From: Hormiphora californensis
Lineage: Eukaryota > Animalia > Ctenophora
Length of the DNA: 64,000 bases
Assembly (NCBI GenBank): GCA_020137815.1
Contig: CM035361.1
Span: forward strand, 5,394,001 to 5,458,000
Reading direction: 5' to 3'
Shown one piece after another: positions 1 to 10,752 of the stretch (position 1 is the stretch's first letter; every line of letters begins with the position of its first letter). The notes beneath the pieces were generated by a model. That model searched no databases. It was not told the origin of the DNA and saw only the letters and a program-made list of their open reading frames with translations. The translations under genes and the position numbers were made by a program.

Positions 1-11
1 CATGAATCAGA

Positions 12-159
<148 letters not shown>

Positions 160-622
160 ATTAACAGAACAAGGGGGTAAATGAGTAAATAAGAGATCTG
201 TTGCAAGAGGGAGGATACCGCAAGCATTAGGAAGCAGGTTTACTATACCAAAAACCGGGTCAGAGGGTCTACATATTTGGGCACTATACCAGCTACATTG
301 CTGCATCTTTGAATTTCTAAAACTAACTTTTTCAACAACAAAAAATACCACGACTCTTTGATAGCCACTAATATAATAATAATAATAATATCCGTACTTA
401 TATACACGCTCATACCACATAGGTTACCAGAACTAAAAAACTAGTAAACTACACGGCAATCAGAGCGGTTCACCATTGCAAACATAACTATAGTCTTAAA
501 AATGAATAAAATGTTCTAAATCCCAACTAAATGTCCGGTGCTCTGATGCCCAAAAGACCAGTTCAAAACCTAGCTTAATTTGTAAATACACAAACTCAAA
601 CACAGCAGTCTCGTACTGTCTC

Positions 623-1536
623 TCACACTTCCTCCACCTTGCCCCCTCGAATCCCAAATGTCTTCCCCGGCTCCGCCTCCTTCCTCTCCTTCAGCGCTAC
701 CACCAGCTTCCTCCTCTCCTCCGGAGAACGGTCAGGGGAAATATAGACATCTTTGTGCCTATCAGAGTTTTTCAGAGATTTCTTACTGGATAGTATTTGA
801 TCTCGGAAGTCTTTGCCACATAAACGTAGCTTACAGGCCTGTCAGAAGCCATCCTTATACTTCCCAAGTCGCTTCATACTGGAAATACCAGTAATACAAG
901 CACCCATACTGTTAAACACTCTCTTGATCTCGCTCTCCAGATCCTGATCGTTCTCAGCTTGTCATCAAACAGACCGTGAACAATAACATTGCTCGTCCTG
1001 TCCTCTGTCGCTACAGCAATAGCCTGACGTACTCGCTGCGGTGCTAGGGCAGTCTCACAATTCTTCTGGAGAACATTAGCAAATGATTTCATCTCCCTCT
1101 CAGCGGTAGTCTGCACAGCACTGATTTCACCGTCTCTCTTCTCCAACAGTTGACACTGTAGCTTAACTAAGCGGTCCTGTGCCTCAACTAACAAACGCTG
1201 CGCGGGTGATCAGCTCCTCTTGGCAGTCAATGATTCTCCTCTCACACTCCTCAGTTTCAATAGAAAGCTTATCAATAGCTGGGGTAACACCGCTCAACTA
1301 GCAAGCGACATGCCTTCTCTGCAAACTCAGCAAGTTCAGGTTTTCCCACTGGCCTTGATCTTACTCTTACTAGGACACTTCAGATTGTCCCAGAAACAGG
1401 AAGCTGAACTAGCAGACCAATTCTTGGGAAAGAATCTGCCCTCCTTCACATGAACGAAAAGTTCTCGCACTAGGTCCACAACTTCACTCTGAACCTCACG
1501 GTATACCCCCTTTGTCACTCTTTCATCACTGTTCAC
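623..1536 (-). pseudogene. Frameshifted non-LTR retrotransposon (CR1/L2-like) ORF1 remnant
   Basis: Joining minus-strand frames gives a coiled coil (LVEAQDRLVKLQCQLLEKRD), then EDRTSNVIVHGL, then MKRLGKYKDG..RPV.LRLCGKDFRDQILSSKKSLKNSDRHKDVYISPDRSPEERKLVVALKERKEAEPGKTFGIRGGKVEEV* (TGA at 623-625). This is the typical ORF1 RRM/CTD motif order (NxIxxGL, RLG, RP, VYIxPD, EER). Several frameshifts; no ORF2 follows. Confidence 0.75.
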
Positions 1537-2064
1537 TCTGGCGGTTAGAAAAGTACCATCATGAGGGGAGAGGGTGACCAGGGGGGTTTTAAAATTTGGG
1601 GAGATGCTTCAAACTTTACGATAAGGGAGGTCACAAAAACGACACAAATGCTGCAACTAATTTTGAAATAAAAGTAGCAATAAAATTTTGTGCGTTGCGG
1701 TCATTAGAAAAAGGAGCAACACATAAATAGCTGAGGCTAACTTTTCTTTTCCCCTTCCCCTTTTTTTTCCCCCCTTTTTTTTTCCCCCCCCCCCCCCGCC
1801 CTCCCGGGGCCCCCCCTTTTTTTCCCCCGGGGCCCCCCCCCCCCCCAACGAAAAACTTTTTTTTAACTTTTTTTAAAAAATAATGGGGAAAAATATATGG
1901 TTAATTAGTTTACCTAAAAATTAGATTTAATTTTATTCCCCAATCCATTTTAAAAAACCAAATTAAATGGACCCCCCCAAAAAACAAAAATTAAAAAGGG
2001 GCAAATAAAAAAAAACAAAAAATGGTACTGAATATAAATGAATGAGGGTTTTAAAAAAACCAAG

Positions 2065-2236
2065 AATGGAACTGAGTGACGGGGTATGGAGAAAGAATCC
2101 GGCCCAACACCTCTCTTGTCCACTGCACAGCCAACACGAGACAAGATCACCACAAGACAAGAGTGGTCAATTGGGGTTGGATAGAATCCGTCCCCTCTTG
2201 CGTCCACGTGCCAGAGAGGGAGACACGCGATCACCC
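2065..2236 (+). mobile_element. Degenerate zf-RVT-like C-terminal fragment of an L1/Tx1-type ORF2
   Basis: Mixed frames read GVW.K...H...KTRVVNWGWIESVPSCVH..ERETRDH, resembling the W..W....P.H...T.DR...WG....CxxC...ETxxH zinc-binding motif of L1/Tx1 RT proteins. It is flanked by low-quality sequence. Confidence 0.4.
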
Positions 2237-3415
2237 CAAGGGCCTTGAAAAACCCTGGGGGGGCCCCCCCCTTTTGGGGGATCTTTAAACTTAAGGGGGA
2301 AGGGAAAAAACTTTTGTATAAAAAGGGGGGGAAAAAAACCCCCTTGCGCATTATCCCCTTCTCTCTCTAAATTTCCTTTTTCTCCCTTTCTTCTCTCATT
2401 TCTCCCCCGTTTTTTCTCTCTCCTCCCTTCTCCCCCTCTTCTTTTTTTCCTTCTTCTTTTCTTTTTCCCCTTCCGGTTTTGCAAAAAAATTCTTCTTTTT
2501 TTTTTTCCCCCTGTGAAAACAGAAGAAACAAAGACAAAAAGGAGAAAAGAAAAAAAAAGGGGGGGGTTTTTTTTTTGTTAATTTTTTTTTTTTAAAACCC
2601 CCCCCCCCCTCCTTCCTTTTTCCCTTTTCCCCCTTTCTCTTCTTCTTCCCCTTTTTTTCCCCTCCCCTTTTTTTCCCCCCCTTTCCCACTTCCCTTTATA
2701 AAAGGATGAATTGCGGTGTTGCCCTTGGGGCCCGGGGGCTGTGGGGGAGGGGCTTATCAGGGGGTGAATGATTTCCCGGGGGTGCCCTATCGTTTTGAAA
2801 ATTGCCGACGTGTCTAGCATCGCTGCCCGCCTAGGGGGTTTTATTCCAGGGGCGGTGGAATGCACAAATTTTTCCAAAAGGGGAAAGACCTTTTTAGTCT
2901 GTTAGTTGAGAGTTGTTAATTGTTAATTCATACTGTGACAAGTGCTCTAGCATGCGCTGCCCGCCCTAGGGGGCTTATTCAATGAGAATGCACTAATTTC
3001 CCCCTCGGCATTAAGTTAACACCGGTGGGATGATTTGAGATTAAAATTAAAACCGTTAGTCATTTTGGATGCATATGATCGTCATCAAAACGATCTTCAG
3101 TTTCAATGCCTGAACGTAGATTAAATTAAAACGATGGCGATTTTATCCAAATTAACGCGATTGGATGATATATGAGCAAAGTAAGCTACGGACAAAAATG
3201 CCATTCCAAGTTACTGAACGACATATCTGATCGTACTTTGTTTTTTGTCCGATCTCAAATGATCAACGAGTGACGGTAAAGTGCTCCCTGCTGCAGATGG
3301 AGGCCTGCTAAAAAAAGAAGAATACATGCCTCTCGGAGCGGAGATAAATATATTGAAGAGGGCCGGGGAGCTCTGATCGGACAAAAGTGCAGAGAGACAA
3401 TCAGGTGATTCAGTC

Positions 3416-3543
<128 letters not shown>

Positions 3544-3746
3544 CTTTCTCTTTCTCTCTCTCACTCTCTCTCTCCTTCGTAGTAGTGGACAAAGGGAACA
3601 TAAGGATCAGGGACAAAAGCGCAGCACGGGGGGAGATGCTGATCGCTTATATATATGTGATCACAGCTCCACTCGTACTCAGTTGGCAATAAAATCAGGG
3701 GACACAATCACGCGTTCTTTTCTTGTGAGTACAAACCCTCTAGAGT

Positions 3747-3826
<80 letters not shown>

Positions 3827-4105
3827 TGTACGCCCCTTACCCATAAAGCGTACCCTGTCAATAGCCGTACCATTATTAACAGCACGTGCAAATGTCTCTT
3901 GAACCACGTGACCTGCATCTTTGGTGCACGTGCAAGATAACGCTGAATTCTGATTGGTCGAGGGGTATGTCACGTGACCACCCCCTTGCACTCCCAAAGC
4001 AAGAGGGACACATTATTACGAGTAGAGATTGACACGAGCCCACACACAAGAACCATAACGGATGCTCTATTGCTCTCCCCCCCCCTCTCTCTATATATCT
4101 CACTC

Positions 4106-4146
<41 letters not shown>

Positions 4147-4324
4147 ATCTCTCTATCTCTCTATCTCTCCTTCCACCTCTATACGACTGTAGAGAAGACA
4201 TTACCAAGTGTCAAAAACATATGGCTCTTCCCTTCGCCCCGATAGCGACATAGAAAGATTCGAGTCAATAAAGAGAGGTTCCTAGAAATAAAAAGATGAG
4301 GAGAGTGAAAAATGGTCGACATTG

Positions 4325-4402
4325 CCCTGCTAAAAGTAGAACGCTTAAACCAACGATATCGGTCGTCGAACGATCGTTACGAGCGTTCTACTTTTAGTAG
4401 GG
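4325..4402. mobile_element. 78-bp mini inverted-repeat element with CCC termini
   Basis: ccctgctaaaagtagaacgct ... agcgttctacttttagtaggg form 21-bp arms with 1 mismatch, flanked by TG on both sides. CCC ends with a 2-bp TSD are compatible with an animal EnSpm/CACTA-type MITE (inference). Confidence 0.55.
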
Positions 4403-4630
4403 TGGCGGCTCAAGCATGATAAAACGGTCACTAAAAAATTATGATTCCTCTTATATTTTTCTCCTGATTTATACGCGTACGGCTATTTATATTTACGATA
4501 TCAATTGTTTGTTGAAATTTATTACCTCAATAGTCAATAGTCAATACATTGTTCGAAATTTATTATGACAATAGTCAATAGTGAAATTTATTACGACCTA
4601 TCATAAACTGCTGCCACGACCTTGGCTTTA

Positions 4631-5100
4631 GGACTGTAACTCACCTGGAAAATAACTCGAAAGTGAGTTATTGCCCGAAAATTGGCATCGAGTTCTTTTT
4701 TTCTGGTGACTTTCTGTCCGCATTTTTTTGACTTTTTGCTAGGACAAAATGTCGATAGCTAAGACAAAATGTCGAATTTCAAACTCACCTGGATTTTACC
4801 GTAAAACCCAACTAAACCCAACCCTAATACAACCCTAACATCGAACCCAAACGACAACCCTAACACTACTAAGACGAATACAAACCAGTGAACTCTCGTA
4901 TCCGGCCTATCGGCCGAATTCTCGAGTTCCCATGAGAGGTGAGTTAATGTCCATCTGGACTCTAACTCACCGTAAACAGTGGGGCGGACAGAAATTCACC
5001 AGATCCGGACTATAACTCACCTGAATTCGAGATTTTCAAAAGTGAGTTATAGTCCGAAATTTTCGAGTTCGAGTTATCGTCCGTTCGAGTTTCTGTCCTT
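4631..5100. mobile_element. Helentron/DINE-like non-autonomous element (putative)
   Basis: The motif ggactNtaactcacc occurs at about 4632, 4957 and 5007, with inverted copies (gtgagtta...). There is a hairpin ggactataactcac...gtgagttatagtcc at 5007-5055 and an internal aaccc(t)aa-rich tract at 4805-4865. Confidence 0.4.
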
Positions 5101-5534
5101 TACGACATTAAATGATTTCACTTGGTGCAAGCTGTTCCGAGTAACTATCCCATTATTTTTGTTGCTAAAGCATATTACGTCAATTAATCTCTTATACGAA
5201 ATTGAATATACTATTAATATCACTCGGCAAGAATAAATTAAATGAATGAATTAATGAATTAAGCCCTGTAAACAATACCACAAAGCTCAAATATTCAATT
5301 AAACCAGAATTCTTTTCCAGGTATCAATATCTTCCCACCCAATTGCATCTTCCCATGGTGTGATTGTTTAATTAATTTTAAATCTATTATAGACTATACA
5401 CAATCATTTTCCACTGTTTTGTGCTTTATGTTAACTCTTGAATTCCCACGGTCAGTGCGTAGTTGTTTTGATTCGGTGATCATGAGACCATTTGACAACA
5501 ATTGCTGATCTCTCAGTTGTATTTATGCAGACGT

Positions 5535-5598
<64 letters not shown>

Positions 5599-5757
5599 AA
5601 AGAAAGGAAAAACAGTGAGAAAAGATAAAACAAGAGAGAATACGATATGAGTAGCTAGTAGGTCGTGATTTTAAATACTTGGGTTCAGGAAGTTACAAAG
5701 ATTCTCACTGGAATGCAGTTTTAAACATTGCTTACCCACTACCAACCCAGAATTATA

Positions 5758-5801
<44 letters not shown>

Positions 5802-7924
5802 TTCTCTCATCACCAGTACATGACCGGTGCAATTTCTGATCTCACGTGATTTTCAGTCATCAACAACAAATCAAACTCCGGACGAAAAACCGGAAGTTAA
5901 AATGCCCCCAAAATTTTTTTTTTAGAAAAAAAAATTGGCATTGCAAGTTCCATTTACTCACCACATTTATGGGTTGGGGGTTTAACCCAACCCTCCAAAA
6001 CCATCTTATAGATTTACAGTAATTAAATGGGAAAAATTTAAATTTTTTGGAAAGATCCCCCTGATAAACATCCCAAAATTTTTTTATTTAAATTTAAACA
6101 CAATTTTCTGCCAATTTTCAATTATTTAAATTGATTTTCTAAAAATTGTTAGATTTAAATTTCGATAAATTATGCCACTAAAAATCCAGGTTTTGGTTTT
6201 AAATTTTCTTGAATTTCCAGATGGAAGTCAATTTTTCTTCACCCAATGGGGATTTCCAACAATTGGTAAACCTCAGGGGTGAAAAATTTGACCCGTTGTA
6301 AAAATGAAAAGGAAAAAGGCCAGCGAAAAAAGGTTTTAAAAACGGGGGAAAAACGGAGCTAATAAAGGTTCCAAGGCTAAAGGTGGGTTTTAAAGCTTTT
6401 CAAACATCTCAACATCTGGAAATTTCTTTGGTTTTAGGAGCTAATAGGTGCTTTAATTGTCGAACCCAGGAAAGTTAAAATTTCTCCGAATCTTTTTAAC
6501 ATTTTTCCCCCTACAACCAAAATTTTCTCTTTTCTTTCTCCCCTCCCCTCCTCATCTCTCTCACATATTCTCATCACCGTAAAACCAAATTAAATTTTGG
6601 ATTTCTAAGGATTTTTCACACAAAAAACAAATCGAACTTCGAATGTTTTTCCCACAGAAACACTGATCACCCCCAACCCTAAATCTAAATACAAAATTGG
6701 TTTAAATTCTTGCCCGTGAATTTAGTCATTATTTATTAAAGTTATAATAAAACACACTAAAATTCAATAGCTGATAAGAAAAAGGCACAAAAAGAGAGTG
6801 ATTTTAGTCCCCACTTGAAATCTAAAAAACACAGATATTATTTTTTCCTCTAGTCAAATCGATATGATCAACCAATCACAACTCAGCTAAAAAACGGACC
6901 AATAAACGTTCAAAACATCACGTGTGTTTTGCAGTGCCCCTATAACAATACCTCACACCTGTCTCTTGCCATCACCCTTTAGTGTTTTATTTAGTACGTA
7001 TAGCTCTCGACATGATCTCGCCATGTAGACGCCAAAAAACGATATGGGGTGTCAACATGGGCCGCTGGGAAAAACTTCGCACATCTTAAACAATACAGCT
7101 CGGGCCGTGATTCGCACCTGTTGGAAGTTTAATGTGAAATTTAGAGGTGCTGCTGGGGAGAGGATAAAGAGCTTTAGGGAGGAGAGGGGGAATTTTAATA
7201 TTGTTTGTTTCAAAAACAAAATCGGATAACACTTGACCGTGAAAGAGTTCGGAGGGACAACAATAGACAATAGACATCATGGAGAGAAGAAGATCTTAAT
7301 GGAGTCTCTAGTTCTTCTCAGCTAGAGTGCAGAGACATCACGGAGAGAAGAAGAAGATCTCTAATTCTCCTCAGCTAAAGCGCTGATCCTCTCTCTAGGA
7401 GAAGGGGTTGAAGTTTGAAGTATCAAATACCCCTGTCCGAGCAACTTTTTCGAAGCTGGTGGGTTGTTCATTACGTAGGTCGCCAATGTCAACCGGGGGT
7501 TGTTGGCTCCTTAGTCCTTATCTCTAAATTCTGGGAACAAAGTGGGTGTGACAGGAATCCACATGTAAGGAGATTTTGACCTCTCAAGGAGCCCCTTTTG
7601 GTTCCATTGTTATGTCAAAAAAGAATCATATGATTAGCCAATCAATGTGGTTCTCACCCATGAACTGACTATAAGCATGGTATCTTATTATTTGTTGAAG
7701 TATTTGTGTTCTACAAATTTCAAAGTGTTTCGGACAATTTTCTGCTCTCACAAGATCTTTATGTGGTGGAAATGTGTATGACGGACTGTTACTATTGGAA
7801 GTTGGTGGTGCAATATTTCCCCAGATTGCTTACCCTTTTCCAGCTCCAATCACACTGATCCTAAATTCCGTGATCAGGGAAAGGGAGAGTGAGAAAATGA
7901 TCATGGTATAATGGGCCATTACAG

Positions 7925-8420
<496 letters not shown>

Positions 8421-8530
8421 GTTTGTGAGGGTATAAGAAGGTCATGGCATTGCCACCATTTTCAGAGCTTGAGACATTGTTATTTTGTATGTGTTAACTT
8501 GATCAGCAGCTCCGCCAACCATCTCAATAC

Positions 8531-9877
8531 ATGATGAGCCCGGTCTCCAAGTCAGCCGTCGCCCTACTTCTCGTGTAAGTTTACTATAATAGTAAATAGG
8601 GTTTATTGGGGGTGTAGTGAACAGGGTCGAGCAAGACAAGCTTTATTGATTATGTAACGTCCCGAACGTTCGGTGAATCCATGAGGTTCCTTGTTTTATT
8701 TTTTGCCGGGTGACGTACGGCGGGCGGTAATAGGTTTAGGTGTATCTAACCCTAACGTCAAAATACAGGCCTCTGATTGGCTCACCAATTCCTTATTTTC
8801 AGGTTCACGATATTCTCAACGTTAGTGGAACAGTCACAAGCCCAGTCATGTAAGTATAGTTCACTAAATCAGACCCATGTAGCATACAGTGTATTCAATG
8901 TTTACACTGTATAATAATATAGGACGTGGTTTAGTTGTCCAAACCCGGCGGCTACCTCTTCACGACTTAACAGTTGGGAATCTTGATCGGCATTCAAATA
9001 GGGGAAAATTCGTGCCTGAACCTCAGGTTCAGGCCACGGCTATTTTCCACTGAGATCTGATATCTCCGCTTTGAGTGACGGCTATAATTCTTAGGGAATA
9101 GCCGTCACTGAAACCTGGGATCTCAGGTCTCAGTGGAAACTTGCCTTGGCGTTCGCGTTCAGGTACGACTGCTTTTTCCCCATAGGTATAATTTTTGCAA
9201 AGTGACAACAAGAAATGTTGGGCGAAATTTGTCGACAAAAAGCTTCCGAAAAGAGCTTGTTGTCGAATGTTCGACTATTCTCTTTTAGATAATTTGTCAA
9301 AAATCGTCTAGCTGCTTCAAAAATAGTCAGCGGTTATTTGGTAATCGTAGTCAGTTGGTGAGCATAGTGTTGTGCAATTTTCAATGAACTAATTCAAGGG
9401 GTAGTGAGTGCCGAGCGGAAAGTTCTACCGACTACCATTGGTAATCAGTACCCTCCCCACCCTTTAAACCCGAACCCCTTAAACCCAAACTTTAAAATAT
9501 AACCGTATTTATCCAAACCAATAACTTTGCAGTTCTGATAGTGGCTACACCCGCTGACAGTGGTGCTGGTAACATGAGACGGAAGAACAGGATTCAGAAG
9601 GCTAAGGAAGCCCGAAGAAGTAGACCCAAACGGTTCTTTGCCGGGGACGAGGTTGAAGATGCGGAGGCTGACGAACTAGCTCTAGCTGAAGATACGGCCG
9701 ATCTTGAATGTAAGTGCAGGGAATAGTCGATCAGCGTGCGAGATGTGACAGTTAGTGGGGGAAACAGTCGTGCCTGAACCTCAGATTCAGCCCATTTTTG
9801 ACGATCCCCATTTCCCCTCTCGCATTTTACATTGAAGTACCACGTAATACCATGATAACAAGTCTATCGTTTCAGGA
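8531..9877 (+). CDS. Small secreted peptide (neuropeptide-like) precursor, 89 aa, 4 coding exons
   Basis: Exons 8531-8574, 8803-8849, 9533-9709 and 9876-9877. All three donors are gtaagt, acceptors are tttcag/ttgcag/tttcag, phases are consistent, and the stop is split T|GA. Protein: MMSPVSKSAVALLLVFTIFSTLVEQSQA-QSFLIVATPADSGAGNMRRKNRIQKAKEARRSRPKRFFAG-DEVEDAEADELALAEDTADLE*. It has a hydrophobic signal peptide with a small-x-A cleavage site. Confidence 0.85.
9001..9181. mobile_element. MITE family with GGGG...CCCC termini and cctgaacctcaggttcagg core
   Basis: ggggaaaattcgtgcctgaacctcagg ... ttcaggtacgactgctttttcccc. Related full or partial copies lie at about 9757-9815, 15906-16036, 16820-16890, 26766-26815, 30120-30295, 46083-46288 and 56964-57003, often TA-flanked. 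Confidence 0.75.
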
Positions 9878-10613
9878 TCCCACTACATCCTTGGTTTCTG
9901 AGTGGACACCTGAGGGAACACACATGAGACTGACTCATCTGGATTGGCTATTTTACGGGGCTGAAATCCCATCATCATCCATTTGACGAAACGTGTGTTC
10001 CACATATCTACCAAGAGATACCCCTCCCCGTGTATCGAGTTCTGGTGGACGGATTTTTTACGGACTGCACATAATTTCTAGTCCAGGGCTTACTTTTTAT
10101 AGGTCACATGTCATGTGATTCTGGCATCTAGGGTATGATGTCTAAGCCGAGAGAGTGTTTTTGAAAGAGAGATGTGTGAGAGAGAGAGCGACTCACAAAT
10201 TGTGGATTCGATATCAGGCAATTTTGCAACCTTTAAAATATATTGCGTGTTTATGATACAGCTGGAACAATTCGAACTTCACGATTCATAATCATAACAA
10301 TCATTCAATGTCAATAGTTTCTCCATCTCTCTTCCATTCTTTACCTGTCAGAGCACTGGCCTGACCCATTCTCTCGGAGCGCGCGAGAACTGTGGTCAGA
10401 GCATTGGCCTGACAGTTCTTTACTCCGTTTCAATGCCAAAGTGGGCTTTTATATGACTCTGATCAGGTAGATGGACGCCATCGTTTTCACCATTATATCG
10501 ATACTGCTAATTGGAGAACGAAATCTCGGACCTCACTCTTATAGGAGAGATCAGAAGCCAAAACGAATTCATGTTATAAAATATTTTACCAAAACATATA
10601 TACAGCTCACAAT

Positions 10614-10722
10614 CAGGAACCGACCGAAACAAGTAAACAACCAATCAGAACTCGTTGTTTAGGTCACGTGACTGGTTATCAGCCAATCAGGGACCAGTAT
10701 TTCCTGATTCGGTCGGTTCCTG
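10614..10722. mobile_element. hAT-type MITE (109 bp) with 8-bp TSD
   Basis: TIRs caggaaccgaccgaa / ttcggtcggttcctg, with TSD ctcacaat on both sides. Other copies: 46442-46552 (TSD gtacataa), 54132-54228 (TSD gtcattat), 55045-55153, 16221-16319, 13401-13455 (partial) and about 23631 (noisy). An 8-bp TSD is typical of hAT. Confidence 0.9.
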
Positions 10723-10752
10723 CTCACAATACAATATCCCACAAACAACACA

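Noticed and set aside
1740-2720. K/G/F/P-rich ORFs (also at 18.4-23.5 kb and 35.8-37.2 kb)
   Set aside because: Homopolymer-inflated low-quality consensus; composition artefacts.
4805-4865. Interstitial telomere repeat (also 62980-63025)
   Set aside because: Only scattered ccctaa hexamers, not a tandem (TTAGGG)n array; more likely part of a repeat element.
9541-9726. 61-aa ORF as a stand-alone gene ending CKCRE
   Set aside because: It is exon 3 of the spliced precursor. The CKCRE end is read-through of a gtaagt donor.
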